Below are positions 27,414 to 36,363 of a stretch of 64,000 nt of DNA, piece by piece. The position numbers and the translations under genes were made by a program. The first letter of the stretch is position 1; each line of letters starts with the position of its first letter. The notes under the pieces were generated by a model. The model made no database searches and was not told the origin of the DNA. It worked only from the letters and a program-made list of their open reading frames with translations. The stretch is from the NCBI GenBank assembly GCA_964415615.1, contig CAYQAW010000004.1, forward strand, positions 21,543-85,542, read 5' to 3'. Origin of the DNA: an uncultured Gammaproteobacteria bacterium. Its GTDB lineage: Bacteria > Patescibacteriota > Microgenomatia > Daviesbacterales > UBA10151.

Positions 27414-28171
27414 TTAGGATCTTCACTCCAAAGCTTATTAAGGTTATCAACATCTGGGTATGTATCCATAGAGTGCCAAAAATCATCATGGACATAAACA
27501 GATAACTGTCTTTCGTTGATTAATTTCTTTATGGCGTTATGTTCAAATTCACCTTTATTGAGATATGAGAAGAATTGCTTTTTGAAAACCATAAAACCGC
27601 CATTTACCCATTCTGTGAGAACTGGTTTTTCAACAAATCTTTGGACAGTATAATTGCCATCAATTGTCAAAAGGCCATATTTGCTTCTAGGGTGAACGCC
27701 CGTAACCGTGCCAATTAGTCCATGAGATTTATGGAACTTAACTAATTTTCCGATATCTACGTTGGCTACTCCATCACCGTATGTAACCATAAAGTCTTCA
27801 TCGCCTTCTGGTATATAATCCTTAACTCGTAAAATACGTTCACCTGGCAATGTATCTTGGCCAGTGTCAACTAATGTAATTTTGAAATCATCTTTGGTAT
27901 CTTCAGAGTTTCTTAATAGTTTAACTGCCCCGCTTTTAGTATTAAGGGTAAAATTATCTTCGAGGTATTTTTGATTGAGGAAATAATTTTTAATATAGTC
28001 ACCTTTATAGCCCAAGGCAATTATAAAATCATTGAAACCGTAGTAGGCATAAATCTTCATAATATGCCACAGTATTGGTTTGTTGCCGACGAAAACCATT
28101 GGTTTTGGTTTAAATTCAGTTTCTTCTTTAAGCCTGTATCCTATGCCACCACAAAGTATAATGACTTTCAT
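27395..28171 (-). CDS. rfbF: Glucose-1-phosphate cytidylyltransferase
   Basis: 'MKVIILCGGIGYRLKEETEFKPKPMVFVGNKPILWHIMKIYAYYGFNDFIIALGYKG' is collinear with RfbF/DdhA (MKAVILAGGLGTRLSEET..KPKPMV.IGGKPILWHIMK.Y...G..DFII..GYKG). Confidence 0.75.
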   Translation of the reverse strand: MKVIILCGGIGYRLKEETEFKPKPMVFVGNKPILWHIMKIYAYYGFNDFIIALGYKGDYIKNYFLNQKYLEDNFTLNTKSGAVKLLRNSEDTKDDFKITLVDTGQDTLPGERILRVKDYIPEGDEDFMVTYGDGVANVDIGKLVKFHKSHGLIGTVTGVHPRSKYGLLTIDGNYTVQRFVEKPVLTEWVNGGFMVFKKQFFSYLNKGEFEHNAIKKLINERQLSVYVHDDFWHSMDTYPDVDNLNKLWSEDPKWKVWK

Positions 28172-28249
28172 ATTTAATTCCTAAATATTAGACTAACTTT
28201 TACTGGTAGTCAACATGACTAAAATTCCTTGGTGTGATTTTACTTAAGT

Positions 28250-29254
28250 TTAATTATTCCAACCTTGAGGATGTTCCTTGTACCAGCTAACTGAGGACTT
28301 GATTGAGTCGTCGAGACTATGTTGTGGTTTCCAAGCCAATATTTTGTTAGCCTTGTTGATTGAAGCAATTATTTTGCTATATTCTCCAGCCCGGGTATTG
28401 CCTACGTTAATATCGAATTTGACTCCTGTAGCTTTTTGTACAGATTTGATAATTTCTAAGACAGAGTTTCCTTTACCTGTTCCTAGGTTGATAATTTCAC
28501 TTTGGCCTTTATTGATTAAATATTCAACTGCTTTCAGATGAGCTTTTGCCAGATCAACTACATTAACATAATCACGGATAGGAGTTTTATCGGGTGTAAT
28601 TACTTTTGGGCAAGTCAATAAAAAGTTCTCAATTCCTAAAGCTGCTCTAACTGCATTTTGGACAAGATGTGGTGAAGGGTTCTTTGAATCACCTATCAGT
28701 CCATCAGTACTTGCCCCGCAAACATTAAAGTAACGCAAGATTACATAATTTAATCCAAGTAATTTACCATACCATTTAATGATTTCTTCGATCATTTTTT
28801 TGGACTCACCGTATGGGTTAGTAGGGTTGGTAGGGTAATTTTCATCTACTGGGGTATGATCAATCTCGCCATATACCGCGCAGGTGGAAGAGAAAACTAT
28901 ATTCTTTAGGTTATTTTTTAACATCGAGGTTAATAGGTTTTGCGAGCAGCAGACATTATTTTGAAAATACTTTTGGGGATTTTTCATAGAATCATCGACT
29001 AAACAAAATGCTGCAAAATGAACGACTGCTGCAATATTGTTCTCCTTTTCAAGAATTTGATTTAGTTCTTCAGCTAAGCCTATTTCGTAGAATCGGAATT
29101 TATCCTTGCTGAATTTTTCCTGCAAAATCTGAAGCGGTTTTCTGAAACCAGTGGTAAAATTATCGATAGCTATTACTTCGAAACCTCTTTGTAAGAATAA
29201 GTACGTAGTAACCGAACCAATGTATCCGCCTGCTCCTGTTATGAGTACTTTCAT
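28250..29254 (-). CDS. galE: UDP-glucose 4-epimerase
   Basis: 'MKVLITGAGGYIGSVTTYLFLQRGFEVIAIDNFTTG'. Catalytic 'YGESKKMIE'. 'NLGTGKGNSVLE'. 334 aa. Confidence 0.75.
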   Translation of the reverse strand: MKVLITGAGGYIGSVTTYLFLQRGFEVIAIDNFTTGFRKPLQILQEKFSKDKFRFYEIGLAEELNQILEKENNIAAVVHFAAFCLVDDSMKNPQKYFQNNVCCSQNLLTSMLKNNLKNIVFSSTCAVYGEIDHTPVDENYPTNPTNPYGESKKMIEEIIKWYGKLLGLNYVILRYFNVCGASTDGLIGDSKNPSPHLVQNAVRAALGIENFLLTCPKVITPDKTPIRDYVNVVDLAKAHLKAVEYLINKGQSEIINLGTGKGNSVLEIIKSVQKATGVKFDINVGNTRAGEYSKIIASINKANKILAWKPQHSLDDSIKSSVSWYKEHPQGWNN

Positions 29255-29270
29255 ATTTTGAAATTATCTT

Positions 29271-29921
29271 TTATTTCTTCTCAACAAAAAAGAAAACTTC
29301 CATCCCCAGGTGGGAAAATTTTTTACTGATAATATTAAAGCCGCATTCCTTAATTAATTGTTCTAAATTATTCGGATCATAAGGGTGAAGATGGGAATCT
29401 TGCCAAACTTTCCCCCGAGTCTTAGTCCAAACCATCCAGATTATTTTAAAAAGTAAATTATCTGTATCTTGGCCAATTAAGGCGTTGCCTTTACTTTTTA
29501 AGCAACGGTGTATTTCACAAATTGCTGTTTTTGGGTTTTCAAGATGCTCTATAGTTTCTATGCAGGTGATCAGGTCAAAACTGCCACTGTCAAAAGGAAG
29601 TTTATGAGCATCAGCAAATTTAAACTTAATATTTGGATAAGCTCTTTGTCCAAACTTAAGAGCCTTTTCGTAAGAATCAACAGCGAAAACTACTGAGGGG
29701 AGAAAGAAGGTGGCAATCTGAGATGTAAGCGAGCCAGAGGCGCATCCAATATCAAGCAGTTTCGATGGTTTCTTATCTGATTGCTTAAGGATTTCCTTCA
29801 TGGAATGCCATTTCCAAGTATGCCAAATTTTTTGGAACAAGTTATTCTTAATACCTATTTGATAGTAGTCAGGTGGTACTTGTGCCCAAATATCTTTTAG
29901 AGCTTTAGAACTTTTTTTCAT
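29271..29921 (-). CDS. Class I SAM-dependent methyltransferase
   Basis: Motif I 'LLDIGCASGSLT'. Motif post-II 'FDLITCIETIEHL'. Confidence 0.65.
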   Translation of the reverse strand: MKKSSKALKDIWAQVPPDYYQIGIKNNLFQKIWHTWKWHSMKEILKQSDKKPSKLLDIGCASGSLTSQIATFFLPSVVFAVDSYEKALKFGQRAYPNIKFKFADAHKLPFDSGSFDLITCIETIEHLENPKTAICEIHRCLKSKGNALIGQDTDNLLFKIIWMVWTKTRGKVWQDSHLHPYDPNNLEQLIKECGFNIISKKFSHLGMEVFFFVEKK

Positions 29922-29989
29922 TGTTGAAACTTTATTAACATATCACAATTTGAATTACATTAGTTTATCACACACCCGTAATTAGGGGA

Positions 29990-32407
29990 TTAGATCTTCT
30001 TTAGGACTTTCCAAACAACGATAAAGTCATCAAATCCTTTCCATATTATTTGTGCGTTGCAACTGCAAACGTCTTCTGGTTTATTAATGTAGGATAAAGC
30101 TAGATAATCGTAGTCGATGGATTTTGATGGTTCGCTACCAGAAACTTTTGTTTCTTGGTGAGTATAGAATTGATTATTATATCCTGGAAGGGCGTTGTCA
30201 AAATACAAGCTTCTATCTTTTAGGGTAGTTACCAAAGCCCTTTTTAAAGCTTCCCATTTAGACCAGTTCTCAATACCTTTGGAGGAGATATTTACGTAAA
30301 CTTTAGCTTCTCTTGGTATTACAGATTGGCTAAGTTCTGCAAAAGTTCCCGGCAGGTCTGAAGCCTCGTCAATATATGCATCATTTATTTTATATATTCT
30401 TTCCTCGCTTTGATTAGATAAATCATTTGTTGTTGAGAAAATAGGAGAAAAATATTTGTTAGATTTTAGTTGTTCTTTCCTAATTTCTGGCAGCTTTTGG
30501 AAGTCTTGATAATCTATCAGTAGATAAGTAATCTTAAATTTGTTAAACATTGTTGGATTAAGAGTATAAATAAGATCAAAATATTGAGGTGATTTATCTA
30601 TTGAGTAATCTTTATAATCTCCCAACCAAATAGGAGTAAAAACTCCGACATGAATTAAAGGAGAGGTAATGCTAGAACTTAACTGAAGTAATCTAGCGTT
30701 GAAGGGTAAATTATTATATAGCCAGTTTTCTGTAGAATTAAGAAGGTAAGTATCTGGAGAAATTAGTTTATTGTTTTTCTCACCTATTGAAAGAAGCCAG
30801 GCCATATTTGGAAAGAGGGATGGAATAGCTAAACAGATTATTAGGGTGAGTATTATGAATTTATATACTCTGCTTTTCTTTAGATCTTCTAACGTCCATA
30901 TAAGGAAAAGAGCAAGATTGATTCCCAAGAAAGTGTAGGTAAGAGCCAGTAACCTACTGGAGTAATTACTAAGAGAGAATGTTAAATTATACAGCAAGCT
31001 TGTAGTAATCGCAGGCGTAAGTAAGCTTATGAAGATTAACAACCTAAGCCTTTGTCTAGAGAGTAATAAGAATAGGAAGATAAAAAAGTTGGCTAAATAA
31101 AAATAAATGACTCCTGGATGAAACCAGATAAAAGGCAGCCATTTTTCCCTTGTGGGAAGAAATAACCTGGAAGATTGTTGTTGGAGTTGATAAGTTTGTA
31201 GATCAGTATTTTCCAGACGGACAAGTTCGTTGTAATTATCATAAATTGCATTATGGACAAAGGTCTTCTTTTTATCTGGAAAAAATTGTAGAGTAGGGTA
31301 TTCTGATTTCTTTCCTGTTAATAAGCCAGTAGGAACTCCACCTTGGAAGATAATTATAATAGGAAGCAGTAGAGAGAGGATTATTAAGGATAGTACATTT
31401 TTTTTGGTAACAAGAGATCTAAAAGGAAATTCTTTGCAAAGTATTATAAGGCACATTGATGGAAAAGCTAAAAGCACAAACGCCTCGTTTATTATTGATA
31501 GTGCAGCTACGCTAAATGTTAAAATTGTCCAACTTAAGATTCTGCGATTCTTATCGTAAGTAAAACTTAGCCAAAGGATCCAAACAAATGATGCTACCGC
31601 AACTAGCTCGTGATAGAAAAAAATTAAGCCTTGTAAAGAAATAATTGCCCCTCCATATGTCGAGAAGGCTTTTTCTACAGAGGGCATCTTGGAGAGCCAA
31701 TCAAGTATTCCTGTGAAATTTGGTGGGAGCTCAAAAGGAAACTTTGGGACGGCAATCATCCAGTTACCCAAACTAATCAGGATAATAAGAGGTATTAGTT
31801 GATAGGCAATTAAAGACTTGATGGTTAAATGTCTTTTAAACACCCATGATAGAAAAGTTGAGAGCATGAGGAGTATTACAAAAGCAGTAGATCTTTGGAT
31901 TAGATCGAAAGAGCTACCAGAAAATAGGTGAAATACCCCCATAAATATTGAGGGTCCGTAGTGATATGCAAGTTGAATATCTGGTTGCCAAGGTGAGTAA
32001 ATCGGGAAATTTCCTCTAGTAAATGATTTAGCGATCAAGGTATAAAGAGTTGGGTCGCCTGAAAGGCTGACGTGTCCTACAACCCGAAAAAGAAGGATGG
32101 CCCAAATAAGGATTGATAAAAGAAGTAATTTTTTTGAAATGCTATTTGGCAGATTGATTCCAGTAATAGGTTTTTTGAGACGCAAAAGAATTAGGCCAGT
32201 TAAGAAGAAAATGATATAAGCAATATAAATACCCAATGTAGGATGAAATATATATGATGTCAAGTTTAAAAAAAGAATAAATAAAGCAGTACTGCCAAAT
32301 AGTGAGACAGGGACAATTACTTCTAGTCTGTTTTCGGAAGATATTAATCTAGTTAATTTAAAACCCACGAACCAAATAGGTAGTATAAGAAGGAGTATAA
32401 GTAGCAT
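29990..32407 (-). CDS. Large polytopic membrane protein (unknown; possible GT-C glycosyltransferase)
   Basis: 805 aa. The N-terminal ~560 aa are highly hydrophobic with many TM helices. The C-terminal ~250 aa are hydrophilic. Confidence 0.5.
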   Translation of the reverse strand: MLLILLLILPIWFVGFKLTRLISSENRLEVIVPVSLFGSTALFILFLNLTSYIFHPTLGIYIAYIIFFLTGLILLRLKKPITGINLPNSISKKLLLLSILIWAILLFRVVGHVSLSGDPTLYTLIAKSFTRGNFPIYSPWQPDIQLAYHYGPSIFMGVFHLFSGSSFDLIQRSTAFVILLMLSTFLSWVFKRHLTIKSLIAYQLIPLIILISLGNWMIAVPKFPFELPPNFTGILDWLSKMPSVEKAFSTYGGAIISLQGLIFFYHELVAVASFVWILWLSFTYDKNRRILSWTILTFSVAALSIINEAFVLLAFPSMCLIILCKEFPFRSLVTKKNVLSLIILSLLLPIIIIFQGGVPTGLLTGKKSEYPTLQFFPDKKKTFVHNAIYDNYNELVRLENTDLQTYQLQQQSSRLFLPTREKWLPFIWFHPGVIYFYLANFFIFLFLLLSRQRLRLLIFISLLTPAITTSLLYNLTFSLSNYSSRLLALTYTFLGINLALFLIWTLEDLKKSRVYKFIILTLIICLAIPSLFPNMAWLLSIGEKNNKLISPDTYLLNSTENWLYNNLPFNARLLQLSSSITSPLIHVGVFTPIWLGDYKDYSIDKSPQYFDLIYTLNPTMFNKFKITYLLIDYQDFQKLPEIRKEQLKSNKYFSPIFSTTNDLSNQSEERIYKINDAYIDEASDLPGTFAELSQSVIPREAKVYVNISSKGIENWSKWEALKRALVTTLKDRSLYFDNALPGYNNQFYTHQETKVSGSEPSKSIDYDYLALSYINKPEDVCSCNAQIIWKGFDDFIVVWKVLKKI

Positions 32408-32546
32408 ATTGATTTATATCTTTATTAAGGCAGTAGATATGTTCAAACTATAACACAGGTTAAGTTGAGGGGACAAGGTTGATTGAGCAATATCCATACA
32501 AGTTTAAAGATAAGCTTTTTTATTGTATGATTGACTGAATCTAAGT

Positions 32547-33737
32547 ATGGAAAAGAAAAACATTTATATATTTGCTTTAGCTGCTTCTGGTTTAGGAATT
32601 TCTGGAGGAGATAGAATCTTTATTGAAACCTCAAGAGTTTTATCTGAAAACAATAAAATTAAAATATTTGTTTGGAGTGAGGGGTTTGCAATGTGCAAAA
32701 GGCATGATCTTAAAAAGCCTAATATAGAATATCATGTTTCAGAAATGTGGCCTTTTAAAAACTTTGGTTTTGCAATAAATTACTTTGCTAGAATTATTGA
32801 GGGGATAAGATTAGGATTAACAACAGAAGTGGAAAACAATAAAGATACTGTTGTTTATTCTGCCTCAGAATTTTGGATGGATTGCTTGCCAGGATTTATC
32901 TTAAAGATGCGTTTTAAAGACATCAAATGGGTAACAGCTTGGTTTCAGACTGCTCCAAACCCTCTTAAGGGATTTACTGAGGGAGGAAGAAGAGATAGAT
33001 ATCGTTTAAGCGCTCTGCCATATTGGTTAGCGCAGCTTTTTATGAAACCTCTGATTAAGAAGGCTGCTGGTTTAATATTAGTTAATAACCAGACGGAAAT
33101 AAATCAGTTTAATAACCTAAAGAACAATCAGAAAGTGATGGTTTTTTTTGGTGCTTTAGACCTTGATAAAATTGAGTACTTCAAAAATGAATACAGAGAT
33201 ATCAAAAAGAAATATGATGCTGTTTTTCAGGGTAGATTTCATCCACAAAAAGGCGTTTTGGAACTTGTGGATATTTGGAAAAATATAGTTAATGTTAAGT
33301 CTAATGCTTGTTTGGTAATGATTGGAGACGGACCGTTAAAGAGGGATGTAGAGTTAAAAATTAAGAGTTTAGACTTACAGAAGAATATCATTTTGACAGG
33401 ATATTTGTTTGATGGAGAAGATAAATATAAGATCTTTGCCCAAAGCCGGGTAGTAGTCCATCCAGCATTTTACGATTCAGGCGGAATGGCGTCGGCTGAG
33501 GCGATGGCATTCGGTCTTCCTTGTGTTGGCTTTAATCTAGAAGCTTATAAATCTTATTACCCTAAAGGGATGGTTAAGGTGGAAGTTGGTAATTTGGAGG
33601 AATTTTCAAACCAGATTTTAAATCTGCTTAGTGATAAGAAGTATTACGGAGATATTGCTGTACAGGCGACAAATATGATACAAAATAACTGGTCTTTTAA
33701 GACTAGGACAAAACAGTTATTAAAGGAGATAAATTAA
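32547..33737 (+). CDS. Glycosyltransferase family 4
   Basis: 'GRFHPQKGVLELVDIW' and 'GMASAEAMAFGLPCVGFN' form the GT4 E-x7-E region. It is the first gene of a roughly 31-kb co-directional block. Confidence 0.7.
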   Translation: MEKKNIYIFALAASGLGISGGDRIFIETSRVLSENNKIKIFVWSEGFAMCKRHDLKKPNIEYHVSEMWPFKNFGFAINYFARIIEGIRLGLTTEVENNKDTVVYSASEFWMDCLPGFILKMRFKDIKWVTAWFQTAPNPLKGFTEGGRRDRYRLSALPYWLAQLFMKPLIKKAAGLILVNNQTEINQFNNLKNNQKVMVFFGALDLDKIEYFKNEYRDIKKKYDAVFQGRFHPQKGVLELVDIWKNIVNVKSNACLVMIGDGPLKRDVELKIKSLDLQKNIILTGYLFDGEDKYKIFAQSRVVVHPAFYDSGGMASAEAMAFGLPCVGFNLEAYKSYYPKGMVKVEVGNLEEFSNQILNLLSDKKYYGDIAVQATNMIQNNWSFKTRTKQLLKEIN

Positions 33738-34651
33738 TGAATAAAAATAATGTAGGCGTTAGTGTGGTAATACCAAGTTATAATTGCAAGAAAATATTAT
33801 TTAGGTTGCTGGATTCATATAAGAAGTCTTCATATAAAAACTTAGAGATTATAGTAGTTGATAACGGATCTAAAGATGCTAGTTTAGAAGAGGGGAAAAG
33901 AAAATATCCCCATATTAGATGGATAGATGCAGGGGAACACAATATCGGCCAGACTGGTTGTTACAACTTAGGGTTTGCCAGCGCGAAAAAGGGAAACCAT
34001 ATCTTATTTAATGATTCTGACGTTGTGGTTGAAAAAGATATGGTGAAGAGCCTGGTAAAAAGCCTTGATCAAAATAAGAAGATCGGTATTGTTACGCCGA
34101 TGATACTCTATTTATCAGATATAAATTGGGTTAACCAGGCAGGGTCATATGTTGATTTAACAACAGGTAAAGTTAATATAGGCTGGGGTCCGAAGAAAGA
34201 TTTTCTGGTTGGGAAAGAGGTGCAAAACTCCGGAACTTTGATGTTGTTTAGGAATAAAGTTTTGGAAAAGATTGGCGGTTTTGATAATTGGTTTATGTGC
34301 TATTTTGACCCAGATTATTGCCTGAGGGCTAAAAAAGCTGGTTTTATTACCTGGTATAATCCTGAAGCGGTTGCTTATCACGATCAGTCAAAAGACGAGC
34401 GAGTGTGGAGGCCAAGGGTTTTATCTAGAGCTTATTTACTTGGAAGGAATAGAGTGCTTTTTATGAGAAAACATGGCAATATAATCAGTTTTAGTTTATT
34501 CTTGCCCTTACTCTTAGGGTATTATCTGATTGAGGCTTTGCGTTTTAATAAAATGAAGAAATTCTTAGAATTAGTGTGGGGTACAATAGTGGGATATTTT
34601 TATCCAGTAAATAGAAATCTGTATATTCCCCTGCCGAGGTTAAGCAAATGA
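33737..34651 (+). CDS. Glycosyltransferase family 2
   Basis: 'VSVVIPSYNCKKILFRLLDS...EIIVVDNGSKD' and a DxD-type 'NDSDVVV'. Its ATG overlaps the upstream stop (ATGA). Confidence 0.7.
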   Translation: MNKNNVGVSVVIPSYNCKKILFRLLDSYKKSSYKNLEIIVVDNGSKDASLEEGKRKYPHIRWIDAGEHNIGQTGCYNLGFASAKKGNHILFNDSDVVVEKDMVKSLVKSLDQNKKIGIVTPMILYLSDINWVNQAGSYVDLTTGKVNIGWGPKKDFLVGKEVQNSGTLMLFRNKVLEKIGGFDNWFMCYFDPDYCLRAKKAGFITWYNPEAVAYHDQSKDERVWRPRVLSRAYLLGRNRVLFMRKHGNIISFSLFLPLLLGYYLIEALRFNKMKKFLELVWGTIVGYFYPVNRNLYIPLPRLSK

Positions 34652-35304
34652 AAATACTCGATCGCCTGAAGCTAACTTTACCGTTTTCTTATATGTGGTT
34701 ATTAAGAATTTCTATTGGAGATTGTAAAACAGTTTTAGACTTAGGTTGTGGTGATGGGTCGTTAATGGGCCTTCTTTCGCAAAACAATAAGTGGCAGATC
34801 ACGGGAGTTGATATTTATAAGCAATCAATTGAAAGAGCTAAGAGAAGTAATATTTATCATGAATTGTTCCAAGGTGATTTGCTCAAGACTATTAAAAACA
34901 ATAAATTAAAGCCTAGATATGATGTAGTATTCTTTTCCCAGGTAATAGAGCATATAACAAGAAGCCAGGGTGAACAGATCCTTGATGAAATTGAAACACT
35001 AGCAAGAAAAAGGATTGTCGTGGGAACTCCTCGTGGATTCATGGAGCAGCCACATGAGTTTTTGGATGGAAATCCTTATCAGGTCCACAAATCAGGATGG
35101 AGTATTGAGGACTTTAGTTCAAGAGGATATAAAGTTTATGGAGTGGGGTTTTGGCCGATTTGGTCTTATCATGGATTGGGGCGGAATGCTGGCATTTTTG
35201 GCAAGATTGTCTCTAACCTGATTTCCTATATGATGTCACCTGTTGTCTATTATTTTCCTCAACTGGCTGCAGGTGTTATTGCCATAAAAGAAAAGAGCAG
35301 GTAA
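34648..35304 (+). CDS. Class I SAM-dependent methyltransferase
   Basis: 'VLDLGCGDGSLM' and 'YDVVFFSQVIEHI'. Confidence 0.65.
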   Translation: MKILDRLKLTLPFSYMWLLRISIGDCKTVLDLGCGDGSLMGLLSQNNKWQITGVDIYKQSIERAKRSNIYHELFQGDLLKTIKNNKLKPRYDVVFFSQVIEHITRSQGEQILDEIETLARKRIVVGTPRGFMEQPHEFLDGNPYQVHKSGWSIEDFSSRGYKVYGVGFWPIWSYHGLGRNAGIFGKIVSNLISYMMSPVVYYFPQLAAGVIAIKEKSR

Positions 35305-35310
35305 AAATAA

Positions 35311-36363
35311 ATGCTTACAGGAAAGCTTCCTTTTATATCCATAGTTATTGCTAACTATAATGGTAGAGCGTATCTCCGTACGTGCCTAACTGCGCTTCTT
35401 AGATCTTCTATAACAAAATACGAGATTATAGTTATTGACAATAATTCCACTGATGAGAGTGCTGAGATTGTAAAGGAATTTATAGTTCGTGACCCAAGAA
35501 TTTCATTATTAAGAAATAAGGTTAATATAGGAGTGCCTGCCAGCAGAAACAGGGCTATTAAGAGTTGCAAGGGTGATATTGTTATCTTGTTAGATAATGA
35601 TACTCAAGTAAAGCCTGATTCCTTAAAACAGCTGATAGAGCCTTTATTAGAGGATAAAGAAGTGGGTGCAGCTCAAGCATTGTTAATCGATTTCGAGAAT
35701 AGAGATTTAATACAAATGGCCGGGGGCCATTTAATCCCTCAAGCTATTTGGTTGATGGGCTTTTACGAAAGAAGCAAGTTTAAAGAGGTAAGATCTGAGC
35801 TTGGACTCTCGAATATAATAGCAATATCAGCAGCGCTAGCTGTTAAAAAAGAGGTGTTGGATAAGATTGGCGGATATGATGCTTTGCTTTATAATTACAC
35901 TGACGACCTGGACCTTTCCTGGCGAATTTGGATTGCAGGTTATAGAGTAGTTCTTGCCAATAAAGCAATTGTATTTCATTACACAAAGTCAGTGGCAAGG
36001 CGTGCCAATATTGGTGCTAATAATTTTGATATTTACTTTCAACTTGCTAAAAACTCTTTTCGTTCAATGCTAAAAAACTATGAGATGACAAACGTGATCA
36101 GGTATTTGCCAATTAGTCTTTTTGTGAACTTATCCCGAGCGACTCTAGTGCTTGTGAAAAGAGGCGATTTTTCTGCTTTTTTGGCAACTCTTTATAGTAT
36201 ATGGTGGAGTTTTAAGAATTTACAGAATAGCTTACAAAGCCGTGCATTAACTCAAAAAACAAGGAAATTGAGTGATAAGCAAATAATGGAGGAAGTCTTT
36301 GTTAAGGGTGGATTAATAGATATTTATAATAGGAATTACAGAAGTTCTAAGCTTTTATGGTAA
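35311..36363 (+). CDS. Glycosyltransferase family 2
   Basis: 'ISIVIANYNGRAYLRTCLTALLRS...EIIVIDNNSTDES' and 'LLDNDTQV'. Confidence 0.7.
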   Translation: MLTGKLPFISIVIANYNGRAYLRTCLTALLRSSITKYEIIVIDNNSTDESAEIVKEFIVRDPRISLLRNKVNIGVPASRNRAIKSCKGDIVILLDNDTQVKPDSLKQLIEPLLEDKEVGAAQALLIDFENRDLIQMAGGHLIPQAIWLMGFYERSKFKEVRSELGLSNIIAISAALAVKKEVLDKIGGYDALLYNYTDDLDLSWRIWIAGYRVVLANKAIVFHYTKSVARRANIGANNFDIYFQLAKNSFRSMLKNYEMTNVIRYLPISLFVNLSRATLVLVKRGDFSAFLATLYSIWWSFKNLQNSLQSRALTQKTRKLSDKQIMEEVFVKGGLIDIYNRNYRSSKLLW

